NCBI GenBank assembly: GCA_964510015.1
Contig: CAZEAA010000004.1
Coordinates: forward strand, 1-52,475
From: an uncultured Sandaracinaceae bacterium
GTDB taxonomy: Bacteria > Myxococcota_A > Polyangia > Polyangiales > Houyiibacteriaceae
Reading direction: 5' to 3'
Length of the DNA stretch: 52,475 nt
The position numbers were made by a program, and so were the translations under genes. Under the pieces are notes generated by a model. The model was not told the DNA's origin. It was given only the letters and a program-made list of their open reading frames with translations, and made no database searches. How positions within the stretch are numbered: the stretch's first letter is position 1; every line of letters begins with the position of its first letter. Below, piece after piece: positions 26,362 through 41,040 of the stretch.

Positions 26362-27876
26362 TCAGGGCGCTGCGTCGGCGGTCACGAAGAACACGCCCGT
26401 GAGGTCCTCGCTGACCGAGATCGGGTCCCCGCCGCCGTCGCGCGACTCCACGCGCCACTGGTAGTACATGCCGGGCTCGAGCGGGCCAGCGTAGTCCACG
26501 CTCGGGTTGCCGCTGCCCATGAACCCCGGCTCGGTGCTCTGCCACACCTCGGTTCCGAACACGTCGTAGACGCGCACGTCGTAGCTCTGCTCACCCGAGT
26601 CATCGGCCCACTCGAAGGTCACGGTCGCGTCGCTGGCCACCTCGGTGGGGGCGTCGGCGCCGGGTGAGAAGATCTCGAGCGCCTCGGTCACCTTGAAGCT
26701 CCCGCTCACCGTGATGTCGGCGCCCGCCACGTCCACGAAGACGATCTGGGTGCCGGCGATGCCGGGATCGGGGTCGCGCACCAAGAGGTCGTTCTCGAAC
26801 GCGGCCAGCACGGCGTAGCGGCCCGCGGGAACCCCCTCGATGACGTAGCTGCCGCTGATGCTCGGCGCCGTTCCCGGCTCGGGCGCGCGCAGGCCGGGGG
26901 CGACCTCACCGCGCACGAAGGTCTCGGTGATCTGCACGAAGGTCGACTCGGGGATCAACACCACGCTCGTGGCGCTGCCTCCCGGGGCGTTGACGATCTG
27001 CAGGACACCCGAGACCGTGGCGAGCGGGTCCTCGTTGGCGGCGAGGTCCACGTCGGTGAGCGCGGCGTCGACCACGGTCACGTCCGCGCTGTCGAGCGAG
27101 CTGCCGGCCCGATAGCCGCGCACGGAGTAGGCCCCAGGAGCCACGCCGTAGATGACGTACGAGCCGTCGGAGTCCGCGTAGCCGAACGGGCACGGAGCGG
27201 TCTCGCACTCGGCCACCACGAGCGTGCCCGCCGGGTCGTCGCCGCCCACCACACCGCTCAGGCTGGGCAAGCCCACCTGCGCTTCGGGGACGCCGATCAG
27301 CACCACGTCGGTGCTGCCGTTGTCGGCGACGAAGCCCACGTCGGTCACCGCCACGGCCTCGCTCGCGTCGATCGGCAGCGCGGGCCGGAAGCCGCTCGGG
27401 AACGGCAGGTAGTCCTGCGCCGCGACCCGCAGCGTGAAGGTCCCCGAGACGGGCAGGCCCATCGCGTCACGCACCACCGGGACCGCCAAGCGGTAGTGTC
27501 CCGCCGCGTCGGTCAGGGCCACCCGCGTGACCACGGAGCCTGCGTTGTCAGCGGCGAGCACGCGCGCCCCCTCGATGGCGCTTCCGTCCGCCGCGTCGGT
27601 CACGTCGCCGTCCACGAACACGGGCGAGAAGCACGCGTGCTCGCCAGTGCTCACGGGGTCGCAGACCAGACCATCGCCGCAGGCGTCCGCCACGGAAGGG
27701 TCACAGACCTCGGTGCAGGTCGCCTCCTCGGTGCCCACGGCCAAGCAGACATAACCGTCGCCGCAGTCGGGCGCCGCGAGGTCGCACGCGCGCTCGGGCG
27801 AGCTGCTCTTGCAGCCGGACACGAGCCCCATCAGCACGAAGAGGAGAAGAGTGGAGCGAAGCAGGATGCGAGTCAT
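26362..27876 (-). CDS. Lipoprotein with carboxypeptidase-regulatory-like beta-sandwich repeats (504 aa)
   Basis: Start at MTRILLRSTLLLFVLMGLVSGC (lipobox). Repeated G.V.D...G.P..GA.V...TD..G.Y.L..VP.G.Y-type segments. Confidence 0.65.
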   Translation of the reverse strand: MTRILLRSTLLLFVLMGLVSGCKSSSPERACDLAAPDCGDGYVCLAVGTEEATCTEVCDPSVADACGDGLVCDPVSTGEHACFSPVFVDGDVTDAADGSAIEGARVLAADNAGSVVTRVALTDAAGHYRLAVPVVRDAMGLPVSGTFTLRVAAQDYLPFPSGFRPALPIDASEAVAVTDVGFVADNGSTDVVLIGVPEAQVGLPSLSGVVGGDDPAGTLVVAECETAPCPFGYADSDGSYVIYGVAPGAYSVRGYRAGSSLDSADVTVVDAALTDVDLAANEDPLATVSGVLQIVNAPGGSATSVVLIPESTFVQITETFVRGEVAPGLRAPEPGTAPSISGSYVIEGVPAGRYAVLAAFENDLLVRDPDPGIAGTQIVFVDVAGADITVSGSFKVTEALEIFSPGADAPTEVASDATVTFEWADDSGEQSYDVRVYDVFGTEVWQSTEPGFMGSGNPSVDYAGPLEPGMYYQWRVESRDGGGDPISVSEDLTGVFFVTADAAP

Positions 27877-27934
27877 CCCCGTTATACCCAGCACCGGCGC
27901 GACTGGATACGCTCTCACTGTACGGCGCGGTGCG

Positions 27935-28369
27935 TCAGTCGGCCGAGCAAGGCCCGTCGTACGGCGTCATGGTCAGCACCCGCGTGACGCGGAACCCCTG
28001 CGCGCCCTCGAGCACCTCCACCCACAGGTTGTGGCGCATGCTCCGGCCGTAGGCGTGCACCTCGATGCAGCGCGTGCCCCACTCGACCGTGGTGCCCACC
28101 GCTTGGAACGACGTGCTGTCGTGCACGATGTTGAAGGCCGGCGTGCTCTCCCCGCGCTCGCCCCGCACCACGCGGAGCGCGTCGCCCTCGGCGCGTTCGG
28201 CGGCCGCCGGCGACTCGGCCTTGACCTCCTCCAAGAAGGCGACCACCAGCTCGGCCTGAGGCTTCGCGCGGTATTGGGCCACCCAGTAGGCCACGGCCAG
28301 CGCCGCGGCGAGCGCCAACAGAAACCAGACAGGACGCGGCACCAGAGGTGGGAGCTCGTCTTCAGCCAT
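27935..28369 (-). CDS. Small N-terminally anchored protein, unknown function (144 aa)
   Basis: One TM segment (VWFLLALAAALAVAYWV) followed by a balanced, coding-like sequence. The competing overlapping frame is Arg/Pro-rich. Confidence 0.5.
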   Translation of the reverse strand: MAEDELPPLVPRPVWFLLALAAALAVAYWVAQYRAKPQAELVVAFLEEVKAESPAAAERAEGDALRVVRGERGESTPAFNIVHDSTSFQAVGTTVEWGTRCIEVHAYGRSMRHNLWVEVLEGAQGFRVTRVLTMTPYDGPCSAD

Positions 28370-28491
28370 GATGGGTCACCCTTAGCCCGTCCCACTCGGA
28401 CGGTGTGTTCCCAGTGTAAGTCGAGGTCGGACGAGATATCAAACTGTGCGTGGCTGGCCCACCTGCTTCGCGTCTGTCAGCCTGCGCCGCG

Positions 28492-29490
28492 ATGTCGGCC
28501 GTTCTGCTGCAACGCGTGGGTGTCGTGGCCATCGGGCGCAACGAAGGGGCGCGGTTGCAGCGCTGTCTCCGCTCGCTGCCGAGCGGCCTCGCGCGCGTGG
28601 TCTACGTGGACTCGGGCTCCACGGACGGCAGCGTCCCGTTCGCCCGCGAGGCCTCCGCCGAGGTGGTGGCGCTCGACATGAGCACGCCCTTCACGGCGGC
28701 GCGCGCGCGCAACGCGGGCTGGCAGCGGCTCGTGGCGCTCGAGCCGGGCGTGACGTTCGTGCAGTTCCTCGACGGGGACTGCGAGCTGGACACCGGCTTC
28801 TTGCCCGCGGCCATGGCGGTGCTCGACGCGGAGCCGGAGGTGGCCGTGGTGTGCGGTCGTCGCCGCGAGGTGGCCCCCGCGGACTCGGTGTTCAACCGGC
28901 TGTGCGACATGGAGTGGAACACGCCGGTGGGAGACGCCGCGGCGTGCGGGGGCGACGCGTTGATGCGCGTGTCCGCGCTGCGGGCCGTGGGGGGCTACGA
29001 CCCGACCCTGATCGCAGGAGAAGAGCCCGAGCTGTGCCTGCGCTTGCGGCGCGCGGGGCACCGCATCCGCCGCATCGACGCCGAGATGACCCGCCACGAC
29101 GCCGCCATCGAGCGCTGGTCGCAGTGGTGGCTGCGCAACGCGCGCGCGGGCCACGCGTACGCCGAAGGCTTCCATCGCTACGGCCGCGAACCGGAGCAGC
29201 TCTACCGCCGCGAGGTCGCGTCGAACGCGGTGTGGGGCATGGGCTTGCCGGCGCTCAGCCTGGGGCTCGCGCTGCCCACGCTGGGGGGCAGCCTCTCCCT
29301 GTTGGGGCTGTATGGCGTGCTCTACCGGCGCATCCGCGCGGACCGCCTGTCGCGCGGAGACAGCCCCGAGGACGCCACGCTCTACGCCACCTACACGGTG
29401 CTCGGGAAGGTGCCGCAGGCGCGCGGTGCCGTGCAGTTCTACGCGCGCTTGCTGCGCCGCGAGCAGGCCTCGCTCATCGAGTACAAGTGA
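28492..29490 (+). CDS. Family-2 glycosyltransferase with C-terminal membrane segment (332 aa)
   Basis: Start at MSAVLLQRVGVVAIGRNEG. Motifs VDSGSTDGS, FLDGDC, AGEEPELCLRLRRAGHRI. Confidence 0.8.
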   Translation: MSAVLLQRVGVVAIGRNEGARLQRCLRSLPSGLARVVYVDSGSTDGSVPFAREASAEVVALDMSTPFTAARARNAGWQRLVALEPGVTFVQFLDGDCELDTGFLPAAMAVLDAEPEVAVVCGRRREVAPADSVFNRLCDMEWNTPVGDAAACGGDALMRVSALRAVGGYDPTLIAGEEPELCLRLRRAGHRIRRIDAEMTRHDAAIERWSQWWLRNARAGHAYAEGFHRYGREPEQLYRREVASNAVWGMGLPALSLGLALPTLGGSLSLLGLYGVLYRRIRADRLSRGDSPEDATLYATYTVLGKVPQARGAVQFYARLLRREQASLIEYK

Positions 29491-29532
29491 GCCCGCGGGC
29501 GCACCGCCGGGAGCCGATGACGCGGCGCCCCG

Positions 29533-30567
29533 TCAGTTGTCGGCCGTGAGCGTGCCCCACTCGACCACGCGCAGGTTCGAAAGGACCAGGCTCGCGGTGG
29601 TGCCGCTCTCGAGCACGCCGTCGTAGGCCTCGCGCGCCTCGGCCGAGCCGTCGGCGTACACGTTGATGGAGCCCGAGAAGTCACCCACGTAGGCGCCGTA
29701 GACCTGCAGCGCGCGCGCGATGGTGCGCCCCGCTGGCGAGAGGCCCAGCGTGCTGACGTCGAGCGTGGGGTCCAGCTGGATGCGGCCGCCGCAGGGGATG
29801 CCCTCGGTCTCGGAGATGCTCCCGTTGGCCGGGTGACCCGTGCTGGCGGGTGACACGAACCAGCGCTGACGAATGCCCGGATAGCCCAGCACCAGGGCGT
29901 GCGGGATCTCGCCGGCTTCGAGCTCTGCCGCTGTGATCAACCCCGCGATCAGCGGGAAGCCGCAGGCGCGCGAGCCGTGCGAGGCGTACCACGCGCTCGG
30001 GCCGCCCTTGGGTGGGCGCACGCCGCTGCCGCGCAGGTCCACGCTGCTGCACAGCGTGCAGTCCCAGCCTCCGTCGCTGCGCGGGCGCCCTTGGAAGAAG
30101 TCGTAGGCGCGGCCGGCGTCCACGTCCACCAGCGTGAGGTGGCCGTCCCCCGCCGGGGCCGCGAGCGCGCCGGCCGGCACCGGCCAGCGGAGCGTCACGT
30201 TCTCGCCCTCGTTGCTGAGCGGCGTGTGCACGTCCACGCGCGGCGTGCTCGCGTTCACCCAGTAGACGGGCACGCTCCACGGGTGGATGGACACGCTCAG
30301 CCCCGGCCACTCGGAGCTCGCGGCGAGGTGCTGCACCAGCGTGGCGCTGTCCGGCCGAAGGGCGACGCCCGCGGGGATGGGCGTGTTCCACGGGCTGCTG
30401 TCCGCGAAGGGGCGAAACGTGTCGGGGGGCGGCGGCCGCTGGGGGTCGACCGTCACGCCGTGCTCGGGGGAGCCCGCGGCCCCGCTGCACGCCACGATGA
30501 GCGCCGCGGCAGCGCCCACACCGACGATCGCGGAGAGCGCCGAGACGGCCCGGAACCGCAGGGTCAC
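29533..30567 (-). CDS. Lipoprotein, unknown function (344 aa)
   Basis: Lipobox LIVAC. Last gene of the minus-strand operon, with a 4-nt overlap with the upstream gene. I recognise no motif. Confidence 0.65.
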   Translation of the reverse strand: MTLRFRAVSALSAIVGVGAAAALIVACSGAAGSPEHGVTVDPQRPPPPDTFRPFADSSPWNTPIPAGVALRPDSATLVQHLAASSEWPGLSVSIHPWSVPVYWVNASTPRVDVHTPLSNEGENVTLRWPVPAGALAAPAGDGHLTLVDVDAGRAYDFFQGRPRSDGGWDCTLCSSVDLRGSGVRPPKGGPSAWYASHGSRACGFPLIAGLITAAELEAGEIPHALVLGYPGIRQRWFVSPASTGHPANGSISETEGIPCGGRIQLDPTLDVSTLGLSPAGRTIARALQVYGAYVGDFSGSINVYADGSAEAREAYDGVLESGTTASLVLSNLRVVEWGTLTADN

Positions 30568-31079
30568 GACCGCTCCGAGGGCGGTAGCGCGCCCGAGTCC
30601 ATGAAGTGGCGGATGGCGTCGAACAGCGGCCCCTCACGGAGCGCCGGCTCGGCCACACCCGCCGCGGCGCGCACCTGCGCCGCGAGGCGCTCGAGACCCG
30701 CCGACAGCTCGCGCTCGTCCCACACCACCACCACGCCCGGACGCTCGCCGAAGCGCCGCGCGGTGGCGAGCTGATGGTCGTTGCGGGTCTCGCGCAGCTC
30801 CGCGCGACGCGGCAGCACCAGCACGGGCTTGCCCCGCTCGAGGGCCGCGAAGAGGGTGCCGATGCCCGCGTGCCCCACGAGCGCGTCGGCCTCGTCGCAC
30901 GCTCGCTCGAAGCGCGCAGGCTCGAGGAAGCGCTGCGCCCGGAGGTGAGGCGTGGCCAGCGTGGTGTCGCCCACCTGCGCCGTGACGCGCGCGCTCGGGT
31001 TCGCCGCCGCCCACGCATCCATGGCCTGCACGAGGCGGTCGAAGGGCATCTGCGCGCCCACCGTGAGGAGCAGCTTCAT
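30564..31079 (-). CDS. Alg13-like glycosyltransferase catalytic subunit (Glyco_tran_28_C type; 171 aa)
   Basis: Start at MKLLLTVGAQMPFDRL, with an ATGA overlap with the Alg14-like gene. Motif HAGIGTLFAALERGKPVLVLPR..NDHQLATA. Confidence 0.8.
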   Translation of the reverse strand: MKLLLTVGAQMPFDRLVQAMDAWAAANPSARVTAQVGDTTLATPHLRAQRFLEPARFERACDEADALVGHAGIGTLFAALERGKPVLVLPRRAELRETRNDHQLATARRFGERPGVVVVWDERELSAGLERLAAQVRAAAGVAEPALREGPLFDAIRHFMDSGALPPSERS

Positions 31080-31579
31080 CCGAGCACGCTCCCCGCGAAG
31101 CGCGGGCCGCCGGGGCGCGCCAGCTCGGGCCACTGCGTGAGCCACAGGTCCGCGAAGCGCCCCACCTTCTGCCCGCTCATGCTGAGCTCGTCCACGTTGG
31201 CCAGGCTGTCCACCCAGATGGTCCGGGCGCCGAGCGCGCGCCCCAGCACCACGCCGAAGAAGCCGGGCAAGGCGCCCGTGCTGACCACCACGTCGGGGCG
31301 CTCGTCCAGCAGCACGCGCAGCACCTGCGTGGCGCAGCGCAGCATCCCGAGGCGATCCCAGCGGGTGGTGTCCGGCACCACGCGCAGCGGCGCGTCGCCC
31401 ACGTGGGCTCGGTAGGCCTCGTCCACCGTCACGAACACCATGAAGTGCCCGTCGAAGGCGGGCCGCAGGCGCAGCAGCTCCACGAAGTGCCCGCCCCCCG
31501 AGCTGATGGCGAGCACCTTCTGACGGCGGCGTCCTTCGGCGCTCGCGGCGGCGCTCGCGCTAGCGTGACGACGGCTCAT
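31076..31579 (-). CDS. Alg14-like membrane-associated glycosyltransferase subunit (167 aa)
   Basis: Motifs VLAISSGGGHFVELL, VVVSTGALPG, IWVDSLANVDELSMSGQ. Pairs with the Alg13-like gene, as in PssD/PssE and Cps14F/G. Confidence 0.85.
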   Translation of the reverse strand: MSRRHASASAAASAEGRRRQKVLAISSGGGHFVELLRLRPAFDGHFMVFVTVDEAYRAHVGDAPLRVVPDTTRWDRLGMLRCATQVLRVLLDERPDVVVSTGALPGFFGVVLGRALGARTIWVDSLANVDELSMSGQKVGRFADLWLTQWPELARPGGPRFAGSVLG

Positions 31580-31581
31580 GC

Positions 31582-33636
31582 TCAGCCCGCGAAGCCCGAG
31601 AGGAATTCGTCCACGTTGCCGGCTCGGTCGTTCTGGCGAGCCACCGCGTCCGACACCGCCAGCAGCGCGAAGGCCACGCCGCCGTCGAGGGCCAGCTCAC
31701 GCCGCACCCGCCGCAGCTCGGAGGCCTTGATGCCCGCCCCCACCAGGACGATCACGCCATGCGAGCGGCGCGCCGCGCGACGCAGACCGGCGACGCCGCG
31801 CGGGCCGTCCCAGGTGCAGGTGCGGACCCGCAGCGCGTGCGTGATACGGATGCCCCCCGTCTCATCGTTCGCCAGCACCGAGGTGAAGCCACCGGACGGG
31901 CTCACGCGCGGGCGCCGCGCCATGGGCAAGACGTTCCCGATGACGTGACGCTCCGGCTCGCCGGGCACGCTCGGGGGGTGCGTGGACACACTGCCGGCAC
32001 CCGTCTGCGCGCTGCGCACGGGGGCCATCACGGTCTCGTTCTCTTCCTGGAGCACCCCGCGCCAGGTCTGACGGATGACCAGCGTGAGCATCTCGGCCAG
32101 CTGCCGCTCGACCTCCGTGGCGCCCACCAGCAAGAGCTCGCCGCGCTTCTCGCCCATGAGCGCCTCGAGGTCGGCCAGGAGGTCTTCGAAGGCCTCGCTG
32201 TTGCGCGGCCAGCTGGAGGTGGCCACCACCGGGCCCTCACCCCACCAAGCGATCTCCGTTGGCGCGATCAGCCGCAGCCCGTTCAGGTCGCGCCCCACCA
32301 CCACCAGCAGCGCCAGCAGGCCGAAGATCAACGGCACGCCCAGCGCGATGAGCTTCTTCTTCTTCGACGGGACCGCGTTCTCGGGCGGGATGGCGTTCGA
32401 CACCGTGCGGAAGCCGGTGGGGATGTCGTGCAGCTGGTCGTCGATGGTGGCGGCGCGCTCGGTCAGGCTCTCCACCAGCGCACCCTTCACGTTCACCTGC
32501 GCCAGCAGGCTCGCGGCCTGCGACTCGATGTCGCTGAAGCGGTTGCCACGCTCCTCGGCCGCCGTGGCCAGCTGCTCGAGGGTGGTCTGGCGGGAGACCA
32601 GGGTCTCGAGCTCGGTCTGTGCCGTCTCGAGGCTGGTGCGGCGCGCGGACGAGACGCCCCCCGACCCGCCACCGCTGCCGGACGTGGTCCCCGAGGCGTC
32701 CTCCGCTGAACCCTCGCGCTGCTGCCGCTCGAGCGCGGCGACCTGCCGCTGGAGCGACTGGATCTGCGGGTGCGAGTCGCCGAGGCCCTGCCCGCGCGCC
32801 TCGCGCAAATGCTGGCGGAGCTCCACCAAGCGCGCGTCTTCGATGCGTCGGCTGGCGCTGTTCGCGCCGCTGCTGCTGCTGGTGCCGGTGCCCCGCGAGC
32901 GTGAGGCCCCTTCGATGGACGCCGTCAGCTGACGCACCCGCGCGCGCGCCGCCTCCACCTCCGCGGCGGCCAGGGTGGCCTCGGTGCGCAGCTGCGCGGC
33001 CTGCGCGATGACCTGCGACTGCTCCACGTTCATCTCGCTGATGCCGTGCTCCGAGCGGAACGTGTCGTAGGCGGTGCGCGCGTCGTTCAGCTCCACGGCC
33101 GTGGCGGCGATGCGCTCCGACACGCTGGCCTGCTCGGTGCGCAGCGAGGCCTCGCGTTGCTCCGTGATGTGCTGCAGGAAGAGCACCACCGCGTCGTTGG
33201 CCAGCGCGGCCGCCTGCTCGGGCGTCTCACCGTATGCGTTGAAGCTGATCTGACGCGTGCCCTGGTCGGCGGACACCTGCAAGATCGCGCGCATGGCGTC
33301 CACGTGGATGCGCTGGAGGCCCGCGCGCTCGCGCATCTCGAGCACGAAGCGGTCGGTGAGCGCCACCGAGGCGAGCGAGGGCAGGTCCTGCTGCGCCTCG
33401 AGGAAGCTCTGGCCGGGGAGGCCTTCGTAGCGCACCACGGCCGACGTCAGGTACGCGCGGCCGATCACGAACTTGGCCACCACGACGCCGATGACGAGGC
33501 CCACCAGCGCCGCGCCGAGCACCCACTTCTTCCCGCGCCAGACCACGCGGACCAGGCGACCGAGATCGAGCGGCGAGCCGGGCCGCTTCGTGCCGCCCTC
33601 CTCGTCATCCATGTCTTGTTGTGATCGTGGGCTCAT
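31582..33636 (-). CDS. Polysaccharide co-polymerase (Wzc-like PCP) with a degenerate C-terminal kinase-like domain (684 aa)
   Basis: TM1 at about aa 38-56, a long coiled-coil periplasmic region, and TM2 at about aa 429-447. The C-terminal 234 aa has an EAF segment but no GxxxxGK[ST] and no Tyr at all. Confidence 0.8.
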   Translation of the reverse strand: MSPRSQQDMDDEEGGTKRPGSPLDLGRLVRVVWRGKKWVLGAALVGLVIGVVVAKFVIGRAYLTSAVVRYEGLPGQSFLEAQQDLPSLASVALTDRFVLEMRERAGLQRIHVDAMRAILQVSADQGTRQISFNAYGETPEQAAALANDAVVLFLQHITEQREASLRTEQASVSERIAATAVELNDARTAYDTFRSEHGISEMNVEQSQVIAQAAQLRTEATLAAAEVEAARARVRQLTASIEGASRSRGTGTSSSSGANSASRRIEDARLVELRQHLREARGQGLGDSHPQIQSLQRQVAALERQQREGSAEDASGTTSGSGGGSGGVSSARRTSLETAQTELETLVSRQTTLEQLATAAEERGNRFSDIESQAASLLAQVNVKGALVESLTERAATIDDQLHDIPTGFRTVSNAIPPENAVPSKKKKLIALGVPLIFGLLALLVVVGRDLNGLRLIAPTEIAWWGEGPVVATSSWPRNSEAFEDLLADLEALMGEKRGELLLVGATEVERQLAEMLTLVIRQTWRGVLQEENETVMAPVRSAQTGAGSVSTHPPSVPGEPERHVIGNVLPMARRPRVSPSGGFTSVLANDETGGIRITHALRVRTCTWDGPRGVAGLRRAARRSHGVIVLVGAGIKASELRRVRRELALDGGVAFALLAVSDAVARQNDRAGNVDEFLSGFAG

Positions 33637-33646
33637 GCTGCTCTCC

Positions 33647-38320
<4,674 letters not shown>

Positions 38321-38335
38321 TCCTCCTGCGGCGGC

Positions 38336-39370
38336 TCAGCGCGGGTTCGTGCTGATCACCGCGGCGCCCAGTCCGGTGGTGGCCGCCACGCTCACCAGCG
38401 GCGCGATGGCCGACATCACGTCGCGCAGCTTGGAGAGCCCGCTGGCCCCCACGTAGACCACGTCGCCGGGCGCGAGGAGGGGATCGGGCCCCGTGCCCTC
38501 CAGCAGCTCGTCGAGGCGCGCGACGTAGACCTGCGGTGCGGCGTGGTCACCGCGCACCACGATGATCTCGGCGTGGTCCGCGTCGCGCGTAGGGCCGCCC
38601 GCGAAGGCGAGCGCGAGCGTGAGGCGCAGGCCCGGGCGGAACGGCATGACGCGCGCGGCGTTCACTTCCCCCAGCACGCTCACGAGCGAGTGCACGGCGG
38701 GCGGAACGTAGAGGTGGTCGCCCGGGCGCAGGCGCACGTTGTGCCGCGGGTCCCCCGTGATGGCGAGCGCGAGGCTGACGGGCAGCACCTGACCGTTGCG
38801 CACGAGCCGCGCGCCCTCGACGTCGGTCATGGAGACGGAGACTCCGTCGGTGTCTTCGCTGATGCCGCCTCCCGAGAGCGCGAACAGGTCTGCGAGGCGC
38901 ATGCCGGGCACCACGGTGTGACGTCCGGGCGTGGTGACCGCGCCGATCACCGTCGCGCGCTGACCGTTGGGCGCCGCGACGATGATGGTCACGCGCACCG
39001 TCTGATCGAAGGGCCGCATGGCCGTCTCGATACGGCCCTCGGCGTCGGTCAACGACAGGCCGGCCACGTCCACGTCGCCCGCGAGCGGCACGTGCAGCAC
39101 GCCGCGCTCGTCCACCGTGAGGCCCAGGACGGCAGACTCGGTGCCGCTGATCATCTGCAGGTTCACCACGTCGCCGGGCATCAGCGTGAGCGCCAGCGGC
39201 GGGTCTTCGTCGAGGCCCGTCAGCGCCGAGGGCGCTGCCTGTACGAATCCAGTTTCGGCGGATGGCGTGGTGGGAAGGGGCGGAAGCGAGCTCCCGCATC
39301 CGGCGCTGACGACGCCGAGCAGCGTGGCCAGCATCGCATAACGTGGGCCGGTATACGGGGATGTAGGCAC
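38336..39370 (-). CDS. Outer-membrane polysaccharide export lipoprotein (Wza-type OPX; 344 aa)
   Basis: GTG start at 39370. Lipobox VVSAGC. Poly_export-like LMPGDVVNLQM, then SLBB-like repeats (VIGAVTTPGRHTVVPGMRLADL; VLGEVNAARVMPFRPGLRLTLA), and a hydrophobic C-terminal helix. Confidence 0.85.
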   Translation of the reverse strand: MPTSPYTGPRYAMLATLLGVVSAGCGSSLPPLPTTPSAETGFVQAAPSALTGLDEDPPLALTLMPGDVVNLQMISGTESAVLGLTVDERGVLHVPLAGDVDVAGLSLTDAEGRIETAMRPFDQTVRVTIIVAAPNGQRATVIGAVTTPGRHTVVPGMRLADLFALSGGGISEDTDGVSVSMTDVEGARLVRNGQVLPVSLALAITGDPRHNVRLRPGDHLYVPPAVHSLVSVLGEVNAARVMPFRPGLRLTLALAFAGGPTRDADHAEIIVVRGDHAAPQVYVARLDELLEGTGPDPLLAPGDVVYVGASGLSKLRDVMSAIAPLVSVAATTGLGAAVISTNPR

Positions 39371-39589
39371 CGCACCTAGCTAGCGCTGAACTTGACCGGC
39401 GGCAAGGCGCCCAACGTGATCTTTTACCGTGAAACAGGCTCGTTGCGGCCCGCTCAGGGGGTCTCGTGCGCTTGGAGTGGATTTCACTCTCACCGTCAAG
39501 TTTCTGCGCGGCGCTCAAGAATTTAGTGGCCGGATCGGAGAGAGTGACCCAAGGTGCCCCCGTGTAGTTTTTCGCCTACGCCGCCCCCT

Positions 39590-41026
39590 ATGCCCCTCTT
39601 CGACCCCACCAAGACCGGCATCATCCGCCCCTACCACTCCATGCTGACGCTGGTGCAGCGTGCGCTGGATGTCGTGATGATCGTCGTCGCGCTGTGGCTG
39701 ACGATGGTGGCCTTGGAGGATCTGAGGGCCCCCGACCCGTGGCACATCCACGACACGCTGGCCGCCGGCGCGGCCTCGCTGCTCTTCCTCTTCGCGGCCG
39801 ACGCCTGCGGTCTGTACGAGGGCTTCCGCGGCGTGCCCATGGTGCAAGAGCTCAAGCGCGTGTGGCTGGCCTGGTTCATCGTCTTCGCCGGGCTGCTGAT
39901 GCTGGCCTTCGCGTTGAAGGAGTCGGCCACCTACAGCCGCGCCGTGGCCTTCGGCTGGATGCTCGGCGCGCCGCTGCTGGTGAGCGTGTGGCGCGCGCTG
40001 GTGCGCCTCGCCCTGCACGAAGCGCGGCGCCGCGGCCACAGCACGCGTCGCGTGGCCATCGTGGGCATGACGCAGCTCGGTGAGCGCGTCGCGCGCAGCA
40101 TCAACGGCGCGCCGTCGCTCGGCCTGCACTTCGAGGGCTTCTACGACGACCGCAAGGAAGACCGCCGCCACGCCATCGGCGCCGAGGTGGGGGACTACGC
40201 GGGCACCTTCGACGAGCTGGTGGCGCGCGCCACGCTGGGCGACCTCGACCTGGTGTACGTCTGCTTGCCGCTGCGCGCCGAGTCGCGCGTGCACAAGCTC
40301 ATCGCCGAGCTGGCCGACACCACCGTGAGCGTCTACGTGGTGCCCGACTTCTTCGTGTTCGACCTGCTGCACGCGCGCTGGACCTCGCTCGGCGACATCC
40401 CGGTGGTCAGCATCTTCGAGACGCCCTTCATGGGCACCGAGGGCTGGCTCAAGCGCTTCGAGGACATCGTGCTCGGCACGCTCGCCGTGCTGGTGGCCGC
40501 CATCCCCATGGCCATCGTGGCCATCGGCATCAAGCTCACCAGCAAGGGCCCCGTGCTCTTCAAGCAGCGGCGCTACGGCCTCCATGGCGAGGTCATCGAC
40601 GTCTACAAGTTCCGCTCCATGACGGTGGCCGAAGACGGCACCAACGTGAAGCAGGCCACCGCGAACGACAGCCGCATCACGCCCTTCGGCGCGTTCCTGC
40701 GGCGCACCTCGCTGGACGAGCTCCCGCAGCTCTTCCACGTGGTCTCGGGCAGCATGAGCCTGGTGGGCCCGCGCCCGCACGCCGTCGCGCACAACGAGGC
40801 CTACCGCAAGCACATCTACGGGTACATGCTGCGCCACAAGGTCAAGCCGGGGCTCACGGGCTGGGCGCAGGTCAATGGCTGGCGCGGTGAGACCGACACG
40901 CTCGAGAAGATGGAAAAGCGCATCGAGCACGACCTCGAGTACATCCGCCGGTGGAACCTCCTGCTCGACATCAAGATCGTGTTCCTGACCATCTTCGGTC
41001 GCGCGGTGCATCAGAACGCGAAGTGA
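39590..41026 (+). CDS. Undecaprenyl-phosphate hexose-1-phosphate transferase (WcaJ-type large PHPT; 478 aa)
   Basis: Four N-terminal TM segments and a central Rossmann-like domain ([11 protein letters not shown]). C-terminal catalytic domain: [45 protein letters not shown]. Alternative GTG start at 39554 (GGAGAGAG 9 nt upstream). Confidence 0.9.
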   Translation: MPLFDPTKTGIIRPYHSMLTLVQRALDVVMIVVALWLTMVALEDLRAPDPWHIHDTLAAGAASLLFLFAADACGLYEGFRGVPMVQELKRVWLAWFIVFAGLLMLAFALKESATYSRAVAFGWMLGAPLLVSVWRALVRLALHEARRRGHSTRRVAIVGMTQLGERVARSINGAPSLGLHFEGFYDDRKEDRRHAIGAEVGDYAGTFDELVARATLGDLDLVYVCLPLRAESRVHKLIAELADTTVSVYVVPDFFVFDLLHARWTSLGDIPVVSIFETPFMGTEGWLKRFEDIVLGTLAVLVAAIPMAIVAIGIKLTSKGPVLFKQRRYGLHGEVIDVYKFRSMTVAEDGTNVKQATANDSRITPFGAFLRRTSLDELPQLFHVVSGSMSLVGPRPHAVAHNEAYRKHIYGYMLRHKVKPGLTGWAQVNGWRGETDTLEKMEKRIEHDLEYIRRWNLLLDIKIVFLTIFGRAVHQNAK

Positions 41027-41040
41027 GCCGGGTGGGCCGC

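Noticed and set aside
39554-39589. Alternative GTG start for the PHPT, preceded by GGAGAGAG, which would add 12 residues (MPPCSFSPTPPP).
   Set aside because: The added peptide is Pro/Ser-rich and unlike PHPT N-termini, so I kept the ATG at 39590. The SD-like element means 39554 cannot be excluded.
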